DNA of 64,000 nt, from the NCBI GenBank assembly GCA_963704885.1, contig CAVPIB010000001.1:986647-1050646 (forward strand). Reading direction: 5' to 3'. Below are positions 1-8,888 of the stretch, piece by piece. The stretch comes from an uncultured Actinomycetes bacterium (GTDB lineage Bacteria; Actinomycetota; UBA4738; HRBIN12). Each line of letters opens with the position of its first letter. The stretch's first letter is position 1. Under the pieces are notes generated by a model. The model was not told where the DNA came from, made no database searches, and saw nothing but the letters and a program-made list of their open reading frames with translations. Position numbers and translations under genes: made by a program.

Positions 1-1
1 C

Positions 2-2317
2 GTCACCGTGAACGACTTCCTGGCCAAGCGCGACTCGGAATGGATGGGACCGATCTACCGATCCCTCGATGTGCATGTGGGCCTGATCCAGTCGGCGATG
101 TCGCCCGCCGAGCGGCGACCCGCCTACGCGGCGCCCATCACTTACGGCACCAACAACGAGTTCGGGTTCGACTACCTGCGCGACAACATGGCCATGCGGA
201 TCGACGACTGCGTCCAGCACGGGTATCAGTACGCGATCGTCGACGAGGTCGACTCGATACTGATCGATGAGGCCCGTACCCCACTGATCATCAGCGGCAT
301 GGTGGCCGACAGTGCCAAGTGGTATCAGACGTTCGCCCGGATCGCGCCGCGCCTGAAGCGCGACGAGGACTACGAGGTTGAGGAGTCCAAGTACCAGGTA
401 GCCGTGACGGAGTCCGGCGTGGCCAAGGTGGAGGAGATGCTCGGCATCGAGAACCTCTACGAGCACGTCAACACGCCCCTCGTGCACCACATGCAGAACT
501 CGTTGCGAGCCAAGGAGCTCTATAAGCGCGACGTGGCCTACGTGGTCCAGGACGGAGAGGTGAAGATCGTCGATGAGTTCACCGGGCGAGTGCTGGAGGG
601 CCGGCGCTACTCGGAGGGTCTGCACCAGGCGATCGAGGCGAAGGAGGGTGTCCGGATCAAAGAGGAGAACCAGACGCTCGCCACGATCACCATCCAGAAC
701 TACTTCAAGATGTACGACAAGCTCTCGGGCATGACCGGAACCGCCAAGACGCAGCAGACCGAGTTCGAAGCGACGTACAAGATCGGCGTGGTGGAGATCC
801 CCACCAACCGCGACATGGTCCGAAAGGACAACCAAGACGGGATCTTCAAGAACGAGGAAGCCAAGTGGAACGCCGTCGTCGAGGACATCGTCGAGCGGAA
901 CGCCGCCGGCCAGCCCATCCTGGTGGGCACGGTCTCCATCGAGACGTCCGAACTGCTCTCGGGCAAGTTGAACCGGCGGGGTGTGCAGCACCACGTCCTG
1001 AACGCCAAGAACCACGAGAAGGAGGCCATGATCGTGGCTCAGGCGGGTCGCAAGGGCGCGGTCACGGTCGCGACGAACATGGCGGGCCGCGGCGTGGACA
1101 TCCTGCTCGGCGGCAACCCCGAGTACCTGGCTCGCCAGGAGATGGCCGCCCGCGAATGGGACAACGACGCCTACCTCATGTTCGAGATGCAGGAGGAGGA
1201 TCGTGAGGCCTACGAGGCCGAGTACGAGCCGATCCTGGAGAAGTTCGAGGCTCAGACCAACGCCGAACATGACGAGGTGGTCGGGTTGGGCGGCCTGTAC
1301 GTCTTGGGCACCGAGCGGCATGAGTCGCGCCGGATCGACAACCAGCTCCGGGGTCGGTCGGGACGTCAGGGTGACCCCGGGGAGTCGGCGTTCTACCTCT
1401 CGCTCGAAGACGACCTGATGCGGTTGTTCGCAAGCGATCGCGTGGCCTCGATCATGGAGCGGCTGAAGTGGCCCGACGACGAGCCCATCACCGCGAAGAT
1501 GGTGACCAAGGCGGTCGAGAACGCCCAGAAACAGATCGAGGAGCTCAACTACGAGCGCCGCAAGAACGTTCTGAAGTACGACGACGTCATGAACCACCAG
1601 CGCGAGGTGATCTACGGCGAGCGCCGCCGGATCCTCGAGGGCCAGGACTTCGGGGAACAGGCGCGCGACATGGTGGAGCAAGTGGTGGCCGACACGGTGG
1701 AGCAGTACTGCTCCGCAGAGGTGTTCCCGGAGGAGTGGGACCTGGACGCGGTCCTGGTGGCGGAGACCGAGATCTTCCCGGTCGCGTCTACGAAGGCCGT
1801 CATCGAGAGCGTCCGCGAGCTGCCGGATCTTCAGGCGCTGTTCGTGGAGGAGGCGCTGGCGGCCTACGACGCGAAGGAGGCGACCATGACCACCCCGGTC
1901 ATGCGCGACCTCGAGCGCGTCGTCCTGTTGAATATCACGGACACGAAGTGGCGCGAGCACCTCTACGAGATGGACTATCTGCAGGAGGGGATCCACCTGC
2001 GCTCATACGCGCAGAAGGACCCACTGACCGAGTATCAACGCGAGGCGTTCGACATGTTCTCGGAATTGACGGATTCCATCCGCGAGGACTTCGCCCGCTA
2101 CATCTACCGGGTGGAGTTCGTGCGGCCCGAGGCACAGCAGGCACGGCCGCAGCGCGTCTCGGACAACCGCGCCGAGGTCGAGAGCGGGGGAGCGGCTGAG
2201 AGCGCCACCCCCGCCGGCAATCCCCAGCAGGCGATCAGCGACAAGGTGCCGCGGAACGCCCCGTGCCCCTGCGGCTCGGGTAGGAAGTTCAAGAAGTGCC
2301 ATGGAGCCGCGGTCTAG
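2..2317 (+). CDS. secA: Preprotein translocase ATPase SecA (5'-truncated by window edge)
   Basis: [75 protein letters not shown]; C-terminal SEC-C motif [14 protein letters not shown]. Confidence 0.99.
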   Translation, partial: VTVNDFLAKRDSEWMGPIYRSLDVHVGLIQSAMSPAERRPAYAAPITYGTNNEFGFDYLRDNMAMRIDDCVQHGYQYAIVDEVDSILIDEARTPLIISGMVADSAKWYQTFARIAPRLKRDEDYEVEESKYQVAVTESGVAKVEEMLGIENLYEHVNTPLVHHMQNSLRAKELYKRDVAYVVQDGEVKIVDEFTGRVLEGRRYSEGLHQAIEAKEGVRIKEENQTLATITIQNYFKMYDKLSGMTGTAKTQQTEFEATYKIGVVEIPTNRDMVRKDNQDGIFKNEEAKWNAVVEDIVERNAAGQPILVGTVSIETSELLSGKLNRRGVQHHVLNAKNHEKEAMIVAQAGRKGAVTVATNMAGRGVDILLGGNPEYLARQEMAAREWDNDAYLMFEMQEEDREAYEAEYEPILEKFEAQTNAEHDEVVGLGGLYVLGTERHESRRIDNQLRGRSGRQGDPGESAFYLSLEDDLMRLFASDRVASIMERLKWPDDEPITAKMVTKAVENAQKQIEELNYERRKNVLKYDDVMNHQREVIYGERRRILEGQDFGEQARDMVEQVVADTVEQYCSAEVFPEEWDLDAVLVAETEIFPVASTKAVIESVRELPDLQALFVEEALAAYDAKEATMTTPVMRDLERVVLLNITDTKWREHLYEMDYLQEGIHLRSYAQKDPLTEYQREAFDMFSELTDSIREDFARYIYRVEFVRPEAQQARPQRVSDNRAEVESGGAAESATPAGNPQQAISDKVPRNAPCPCGSGRKFKKCHGAAV

Positions 2318-2341
2318 ACCGCGGCTCCATCGGGTGGACGA

Positions 2342-2374
2342 GACGGGGGCCGGCCCGAAGGGCCGGCCCCCGTC
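2342..2374. terminator. Probable bidirectional intrinsic terminator hairpin
   Basis: Perfect 15-bp stem GACGGGGGCCGGCCC-gaa-GGGCCGGCCCCCGTC between convergent secA and the 88-aa ORF; no U-tract. Confidence 0.8.
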
Positions 2375-2392
2375 GTGCGGAGAGGGGGTACC

Positions 2393-2659
2393 TCACCGGC
2401 ACTGGTGACAGACGTAGTCCCCGATCGTGATCGGCTGCCGGGCGGGGAGCCTGTCCGAGGTCCCCACCTTGACGCTTCCGTCGCGACTCAGCTGCTCGAA
2501 CTTCGCGCCGGCGGGCACGGTGTCTGCGGAGCTAGACCCGCGCGTCATCGCGAAGAGCGTGACGGCCAGGACGATCGTGAGCAGGATCGCGGCGACCCGT
2601 GCTCCGGCCCAGCTGACGCCGACCTGGGTTCCCTGGATGGTTCCGGCCCTCGTGCTCAT
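2393..2659 (-). CDS. Small single-pass membrane/secreted protein ending in CxxC (…YVCHQCR)
   Basis: Strong SD GAGGAGGAG just upstream of ATG; one hydrophobic helix (VAAILLTIVLAVTLFAM); ends at the hairpin. Confidence 0.7.
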   Translation of the reverse strand: MSTRAGTIQGTQVGVSWAGARVAAILLTIVLAVTLFAMTRGSSSADTVPAGAKFEQLSRDGSVKVGTSDRLPARQPITIGDYVCHQCR

Positions 2660-2788
2660 CGTCTCCTCCTCGGTTCCCGTGTCGCCCGGTTGGGCGATCC
2701 CACAAGCGCACGGTATCCAGGGGCGCCTGGCCGGTCGGTGGCAGCGCGCACCGTCGCTGGGTGTCGTTCGTCACCGCTCCTGTTGTGA

Positions 2789-3547
2789 CTACGACGAGGG
2801 TGAGACGAACCGGATCAGCTCTTCGCGATCCGAGCCTCCCGACACGCCGAGGGCGAGGACTATTCCGATCCCTTCCGCGTAGAGCTTGTATTCGAGGATC
2901 TTCGGGTGGAGTGGGGTGTACTCCCGGGTCAGGATGACCTCGGAGAAGTGTCCGTAGGGGACCTCAGCCTGCTCGGTGATGCTCAGTATCGTTGCGGCAT
3001 CCTCCGCCTCACCGGCGAGATACTCCTGGCGATAGGAGAGCCCAACCTGGGGATCCGCGGGCATGACCACGCCCGGCTGGGCGCCGTCCACGCCTGCCTC
3101 CCAGGACCCGGCCGTGCTCACGACCACGCCATTCTCGTACTCCTTGGTTTTCTCGCCCAGGTACCACACGTTCCCGCAGACATCCTGTGCGTACCAGTCG
3201 AACGTGTTCTCGACCCACTGCCCGTGCGCGGTCACGAGGTCGTGCACAACCGTGGCCGTGAGACCCAGGATCTCCTTCGTGCGGGTCGTGACGATCACCT
3301 TCACCTTCTTAGTTTCCCCATCAGGATCGGTCTCGCGGTAGATCGACCTGGCGCCCGGTGTCATGGGCAGGTAGGGGTTGTCGATCCCCTCAACGAAGTC
3401 AGCTGGGTCGATGATCACCGGCTCGCTGCCCTGAGGGATCGCGATGGGACAGGTGCCGGCCGCGGCGACGCCGCCCGGCAGCAAGGAGAGACCGAGCGCC
3501 ACTACCGCGCCGAGTCCCACCAGCCTGCGTGTCGTCCTGTCGAACAT
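2789..3547 (-). CDS. Secreted protein of unknown function (252 aa)
   Basis: SD AGGAGGAGGAAGG before ATG 3547; signal peptide MFDRTTRRLVGLGAVVALGL…VAAA; globular body with IDNPYLP, DWYAQD, GSWEAGVDGA, YRQEY. Confidence 0.85.
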   Translation of the reverse strand: MFDRTTRRLVGLGAVVALGLSLLPGGVAAAGTCPIAIPQGSEPVIIDPADFVEGIDNPYLPMTPGARSIYRETDPDGETKKVKVIVTTRTKEILGLTATVVHDLVTAHGQWVENTFDWYAQDVCGNVWYLGEKTKEYENGVVVSTAGSWEAGVDGAQPGVVMPADPQVGLSYRQEYLAGEAEDAATILSITEQAEVPYGHFSEVILTREYTPLHPKILEYKLYAEGIGIVLALGVSGGSDREELIRFVSPSS

Positions 3548-3597
3548 GTCCTTCCTCCTCCTGGTCGACTGCACAGCCGCAGTCTCGTGGGCGAGTC

Positions 3598-3645
3598 CTG
3601 AACGAGGCCTGAATGATCGTGCGAGTTCGTTCAGCGGGGGTTCAG
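3598..3645. promoter_or_regulatory. Two oppositely oriented TTCAG-N6-TTCAG direct repeats (OmpR/PhoB-type boxes) in the divergent promoter
   Basis: CTGAA 3598-3602 and 3609-3613 (minus-strand TTCAG pair); TTCAG 3630-3634 and 3641-3645; 11-bp period. Confidence 0.6.
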
Positions 3646-3689
3646 AGACAGGATGGATGATGATGTGCTGACCAGAAGGAGGAGATCCC

Positions 3690-4367
3690 ACGCGCGTCCT
3701 GGTCGTTGAGGATGAGAAGGGGCTTGCCGCAGGGCTGAAGAGGGGCCTCGAGGCGGAGGGGTTCGCCACGGACGTCGCCTTCGACGGCACGGATGGTCTG
3801 TGGATGGCGCGCGAAAACCCCTACGACGCCATCGTGCTGGACATCATGTTGCCCGGCGTGAACGGCTACAAGGTGTGCGCCACGCTCCGCTCAGAGGGCG
3901 TGTGGACCCCCATCCTGATGCTCACCGCCAAAGACGGTGAGTTCGACGAAGCCGAGGCGTTGGACACGGGCGCGGACGACTACGTGACGAAGCCGTTCTC
4001 GTACCTGGTGTTGGTCGCCAGGTTGCGTGCGGTGATCAGGCGCGGTGCCGGCGAGCGACCGGCCGTGCTGGAAGCCGGGGATCTCCGGTACGACCCCGGG
4101 GGGCGCCGGACCTGGAGGGCCGAGGTCCAGGTGGATCTGACCGCGCGGGAGATGGCGCTCCTGGAGTTCCTGCTCCGACACAAGGGTGAGGTGGTGTCCA
4201 AGCGGGAGATCCTGGAGCACGTCTGGGACTACGACTTCGAGGGCGATCCGAACATCGTGGAGGTCTACGTGGGGCATCTGCGAAACAAGCTCGATCGGCC
4301 CTTCGGGCGCGCCGCGCTCGAGACCGTGCGCGGCGTCGGCTACCGACTAGCGGCCGACGGCGGCTGA
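3690..4367 (+). CDS. OmpR-family response regulator (CutR/TcrA-like); start codon reads ACG
   Basis: Frame reads (T)RVLVVEDEKGLAAGLKRGLEAEGF…LDIMLPG…KPFS…VEVYVGHLRNKLDRPFG…ETVRGVGY; SD AGGAGG just before 3690; in-frame TGA at 3669 excludes upstream starts. Confidence 0.92.
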   Translation, partial: TRVLVVEDEKGLAAGLKRGLEAEGFATDVAFDGTDGLWMARENPYDAIVLDIMLPGVNGYKVCATLRSEGVWTPILMLTAKDGEFDEAEALDTGADDYVTKPFSYLVLVARLRAVIRRGAGERPAVLEAGDLRYDPGGRRTWRAEVQVDLTAREMALLEFLLRHKGEVVSKREILEHVWDYDFEGDPNIVEVYVGHLRNKLDRPFGRAALETVRGVGYRLAADGG

Positions 4368-5701
4368 TGCGCGACCGCATGGGGTCGATCCGGGTCCGCA
4401 CGACCGCGGTGGCCGTCCTCGTCGTGGGGGTGAGCCTGTTGGTGGCGGCGACCATGGTGGTGACCTTCCTCGACCGGTCGCTGCGGGGCCACGTTCGAAC
4501 CGAAGGCCTGATCCGCGCAGAGGCGATCATGGACGAGCTGGCGGCCGGCGCCAGCGCCTTCACGCCGGGCGATCCGGATGAGGAGTTCGTCCAGATCCTG
4601 GACGCTGACGGGAACGTCGTGATGGCGAGCGTCAACGTGTTGGGCCGACCACCGATCGTCCGGATCTCGCCCGGCCAGACGAGCACGATCGAAACGGTAC
4701 CCTTCGAGGACGAGCCCTTCCTCGCGGTCGCGACCTCCGCGAGCGAAGGCCGTGGAACGGTGATCGTGGGGCGGAGCCTCGAGGCCCAGGTCGAAGCCAG
4801 AGGTGCCGTGATCGTTCTCCTGGGGGTCGCGGTTCCGATCCTGCTCCTGATAGTCGGCGCGGTGACGTGGTACCTGGTCGGTCGGGCCCTGGCGCCGGTC
4901 GATCTCATACGGGCAGAGGTGGAAGCCATCTCCAGCAGCGAGCTCCACCGACGTGTTCCGGACCCTCCCGGCTCGGACGAGATCGCTCGACTGGCCGCCA
5001 CGATGAATCGGATGCTGGCGCGCCTGGAGGAGGGTCACCTGCGCCAGCGCCGATTCGTTTCCGATGCCTCGCACGAGCTGCGCTCGCCGGTCGCGTCTAT
5101 CCGCCAGCATGCCGAGGTGGCCCTGCAACATCCGGAGGCTACGGGTACCGACGAGCTCGCCCGGGCGGTGCTCGACGAAGCCCTCCGCCTGCAGGGGATC
5201 GTCGACGACCTGCTGCTCCTCTCGAGCATCGACGAGGGCACGCTGCAGGTTCGTTCCGGCCCGGTCGACCTGGACGACGTGGTGTTCGAGGAGGTCGCGC
5301 GGCTCCGGGGCTCGACCGATCTTCGGGTCGACAGCGAGTCTGTGTCGGCGGCGCGGGTCGCAGGCGACCGCCAGAAGCTCGAGCGGCTGGTGCGCAACCT
5401 GACGGACAACGCAGCCCGTCACGCGCGCGGAACGGTCGCCCTCTCCCTGCGCGAGGTCGAGGGCGAGGCGATCTTCTCCGTCGAGGACGACGGTGAAGGG
5501 GTGGCATCCGAGGATCGCGAACGCATCTTCGAACGCTTCGTCCGACTCGATCAGGCCCGGGACCGCGACGGGGGAGGGAGCGGTATCGGCCTCGCGATCG
5601 TACGCGAGGTGGCCACCCTCCACCGGGGAACGGTCGCCGTCTCGGACGGCGACCTGGGTGGTGCTCGCTTCGAGGTCCGGCTCCCGCTGCTCACGGACTG
5701 A
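4367..5701 (+). CDS. Membrane sensor histidine kinase (HAMP-HisKA-HATPase)
   Basis: Two TM helices, FVSDASHELRSP H-box, NLTDNAARHA N-box, DDGEG and GGSGIGLAIV G-boxes; overlaps the regulator stop. Confidence 0.95.
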   Translation: MRDRMGSIRVRTTAVAVLVVGVSLLVAATMVVTFLDRSLRGHVRTEGLIRAEAIMDELAAGASAFTPGDPDEEFVQILDADGNVVMASVNVLGRPPIVRISPGQTSTIETVPFEDEPFLAVATSASEGRGTVIVGRSLEAQVEARGAVIVLLGVAVPILLLIVGAVTWYLVGRALAPVDLIRAEVEAISSSELHRRVPDPPGSDEIARLAATMNRMLARLEEGHLRQRRFVSDASHELRSPVASIRQHAEVALQHPEATGTDELARAVLDEALRLQGIVDDLLLLSSIDEGTLQVRSGPVDLDDVVFEEVARLRGSTDLRVDSESVSAARVAGDRQKLERLVRNLTDNAARHARGTVALSLREVEGEAIFSVEDDGEGVASEDRERIFERFVRLDQARDRDGGGSGIGLAIVREVATLHRGTVAVSDGDLGGARFEVRLPLLTD

Positions 5702-5759
5702 CACGAGGCCTCTCACCGTCCGGCGGAGCCGTTCGTCACCGCTGCTACGATGCGCGCCG

Positions 5760-6876
5760 ATGAGCGACCACACCGAACGTCTCGCCGGCATAGCCGAACG
5801 CGTCTCGGCCGCCAAGGAGTTCCTTTGACGTCCAGAGCAAGCGCGCGCAGGTGGTGGAGCTGGAGCAACAGGCGGCCGAACCGTCGCTCTGGAACGATCC
5901 CGAGCGCGCCCGCCAGGTCACGACCAAGCTCGCGCGGCTGAACGCCGAGATCGATCGGCACGATGCGCTGCAGCGCCGCGTGGATGATGCGCGCGCCACC
6001 GACGAGTTACTGACGGAAGAGGGCTCCGACCCCGAGCTCGAGCGTGAGCTCGCGGCCTCGGTCGATGCGCTCGAGCGGGACCTGGAGAAGCTGGAGCTGG
6101 CCGCGCTCCTGTCCGGCGAGTACGACGACGCCGACGCGATCGCCACCCTGAACGCGGGGGCGGGAGGCACCGAGTCTCAGGATTGGGCCGCGATGCTTCT
6201 ACGCATGTACACCCGCTGGGCCGAGCGAGAAGGTTTCGAGGTGGAGCTAGACGAGATCCACCACGGGGAGGAGGCCGGGATCAAGTCGGCCACCTTCGTG
6301 ATCCACGGACAGAACACATATGGGCTGTTATCCGCGGAGCGAGGGGTCCACCGCTTGGTCAGGATCAGCCCGTTCGACGCACAGAAGCGCCGACATACCT
6401 CGTTCGCTTCGCTCGACGTGATACCGCTGCTCGATGAGGTCGATGAGGAGGACGTCGAGATCGACCCGGATGACCTGCGGATCGACGTCTACCGCTCGTC
6501 CGGTCCGGGCGGCCAGTCGGTGAACACGACCGATTCGGCAGTGAGGATCACGCACCTTCCCACCGGCATCGCAGCAGCCTGCCAGAACGAGCGCTCGCAG
6601 CTGCAGAACCGCGCCGTGGCCATGCGCATCCTGAAGGCCCGACTGGCCGAGCTGGCCCGGCAGGAGCGCGAGGAGAAGATCGGCAACCTCCGCGGCGAGC
6701 GAAAGGCCGTGGACTTCGGATCGCAGATCCGCTCTTACGTGCTGGCGCCCTATCAGATGGTGAAGGACCACCGAACCGAGATGGAGATGGGCGACCCCGC
6801 ACGGGTCCTGGACGGCGACCTCGATCGCTTCATCGAAGCGGAGCTCCGGCGTCGCGCGTCGTCCGCGGGATCGTGA
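5760..6876 (+). CDS. prfB: Peptide chain release factor 2 with programmed +1 frameshift at CTT-TGA-C (5823-5829)
   Basis: MSDHTERL…AKEFL then +1 frame DVQSKRAQVVELEQ; internal SD-like AAGGAG 3 nt before CTT TGA C; SPF motif (RISPFD) and GGQ (SSGPGGQSVN). Confidence 0.97.
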
Positions 6877-8888
6877 TCGCACCCAAGCGCGCGCTGTTCC
6901 TCGCCAGCTTCCTGATGCTCTTCGTGGAGCTCGCGATGATCCGCGGAACGGTCGCCGCCGTCGTCTACCTGTCTTTCTTCACGAACCTGGTGCTACTGGC
7001 GAGCTTCCTGGGGATCGGCGTCGGTTTCCTGCGCGCGCGCGGCGATCGCGATCACCTCTCGTGGACGCCGGCCCTGCTCGTCGGTCTGCTGGCGTTCCTG
7101 CTGCTCTTCCCAGTGAGGATCGGGCCCGCGGTGGACCGGGTGCCGCAGCTCCTGGGTCTGGGCCACGTCATGGCGATCCCCGAGTGGGTCTCGGTCCCGG
7201 TGATCTTCCTGGCCGTCGTGGCGGTCATGGCTGCGATCGCCGAGCGGGTCGGCAGGCTGTTCACGGCCTTCGCACCGCTCGATGCCTACCGGCTCGATGT
7301 CCTGGGGAGCATCGCCGGCATCGCGGCCTTCTCGGCGTTGTCGTTCCTCTACGCTGGGCCGCTCGTATGGATCGTGGTCATCGTCGCCGTTCTCACGGCG
7401 CTCTTGAGGGCCCAGCTGACCCCGTTCGTGGCTATCAGCCTGGCCGTCCTGGTCGCGCTGGGGGTGCTGACCTGGCTGGTCCCTCGCGACGTCTGGTCTC
7501 CCTACCAGCACGTGACGTACGCGGAGGCCCCGGACGGCAGGGTGGTGATCAGGGTGAACAACCGGCCACATCAGTCGATGTCGCCGCTCGCCCAGCTGCT
7601 CGAGGATCAGCCCTTCTACGGCTATCCCTACACGCACCTCCCCGCCCCACCTCGCGACGTCCTCATCGTGGGAGCGGGGAGCGGGAACGACGTGGCGCTC
7701 GCGTTAGTGAACGGCACCGGCCGCGTGGATGCTGTGGAGATCGACCCGGTCCTGCAGCGATTGGGACGCCAGATGCATCCCGACCACCCGTATCAGGATC
7801 CGCGGGTGATCGTGCATATCGACGACGGCCGCGCGTTCCTGGAGCGTACCGATGACCTCTACGACCTGATCCTGTTCGCGTTGCCGGACTCGTTGACGCT
7901 CGTCTCTGGGCAGGCCGGGTTGCGCCTGGAGAGCTACCTCTTCACGCTGGAATCGATGCGGTCCGTTCGCGATCACCTGACCTCTGACGGCGCCTTCTCG
8001 ATGTACAACTACTACCGGTCCGATGTCTTCGAGCGCTACGCCACCACGCTGAACCGGGCGTTCGGTCATGCGCCATGCATCGACCGAGGCGAGCCGGGGG
8101 CGCTCACGCGATCGCAATCCGTCCTCACGATAGGTAGGGCTGAGGACGCGATCTCCTGCGACACCGCATGGGCCGACTCGCGCGTCGCAAGGGAGCCGGC
8201 CACCGACGACCACCCATTCCCGTACCTGCGCAGCCGCTCGATCCCTGCCAGCTACCTGTTGGTTCTGGCGCTGATCCTTGTCACGTCGCTCGCGCTGGTT
8301 CGGATCGCATCCGGTCGTCCCTTACGCGAGATGCGCCCCTACGTCGACCTCTTCTTCATGGGTGCCGCGTTCCTGTTGTTGGAGACGAAGAACGTGGTGC
8401 AGTTCGCGCTCCTCTTCGGAACGACCTGGCTCGTCAACTCGCTCGTCTTCGCCGGGATCCTCGTGGCCGTGCTGGCCGCCGTGGAGGTTGCGCGCCGGTT
8501 CCGGCTCCCGGACCGACGGCTTCTCTACGGGCTGCTGGCGGCGAGCTTGGCGGTGGCGTATGCCGTGCCGCCGGGCGCGCTGCTCGATCTCGCGATGGTC
8601 CCGCGGTTCCTTTCCGCGGTCACGCTCGCGTTCGCCCCGGTGTTCCTGGCGAACCTGATCTTCTCGCAGAGGTTCCGCGACGTCGGGGCCTCCACGGTGG
8701 CCTTCGGTGCGAACCTGCTCGGCGCGATGGTGGGCGGGGTCCTTGAGTACGGAGCACTAGTGGTTGGCTACAGGAACCTGCTGATGCTGGCGGCGCTCCT
8801 TTACGGGTTGGCGTTCGTCACGGGACGGCGTCACCTGGGTGCGGCCGGCCGTGCCGGCGGCGCTCCAGCCACGTCGCGATCGGGATAG
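6873..8888 (+). CDS. Polytopic membrane protein with central spermidine-synthase-like SAM-binding domain
   Basis: N- and C-terminal TM bundles; DVLIVGAGSGND, AVEIDP, DDGRAFL, ATDDHPF; GTGA overlap with prfB stop. Confidence 0.85.
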   Translation: MIAPKRALFLASFLMLFVELAMIRGTVAAVVYLSFFTNLVLLASFLGIGVGFLRARGDRDHLSWTPALLVGLLAFLLLFPVRIGPAVDRVPQLLGLGHVMAIPEWVSVPVIFLAVVAVMAAIAERVGRLFTAFAPLDAYRLDVLGSIAGIAAFSALSFLYAGPLVWIVVIVAVLTALLRAQLTPFVAISLAVLVALGVLTWLVPRDVWSPYQHVTYAEAPDGRVVIRVNNRPHQSMSPLAQLLEDQPFYGYPYTHLPAPPRDVLIVGAGSGNDVALALVNGTGRVDAVEIDPVLQRLGRQMHPDHPYQDPRVIVHIDDGRAFLERTDDLYDLILFALPDSLTLVSGQAGLRLESYLFTLESMRSVRDHLTSDGAFSMYNYYRSDVFERYATTLNRAFGHAPCIDRGEPGALTRSQSVLTIGRAEDAISCDTAWADSRVAREPATDDHPFPYLRSRSIPASYLLVLALILVTSLALVRIASGRPLREMRPYVDLFFMGAAFLLLETKNVVQFALLFGTTWLVNSLVFAGILVAVLAAVEVARRFRLPDRRLLYGLLAASLAVAYAVPPGALLDLAMVPRFLSAVTLAFAPVFLANLIFSQRFRDVGASTVAFGANLLGAMVGGVLEYGALVVGYRNLLMLAALLYGLAFVTGRRHLGAAGRAGGAPATSRSG

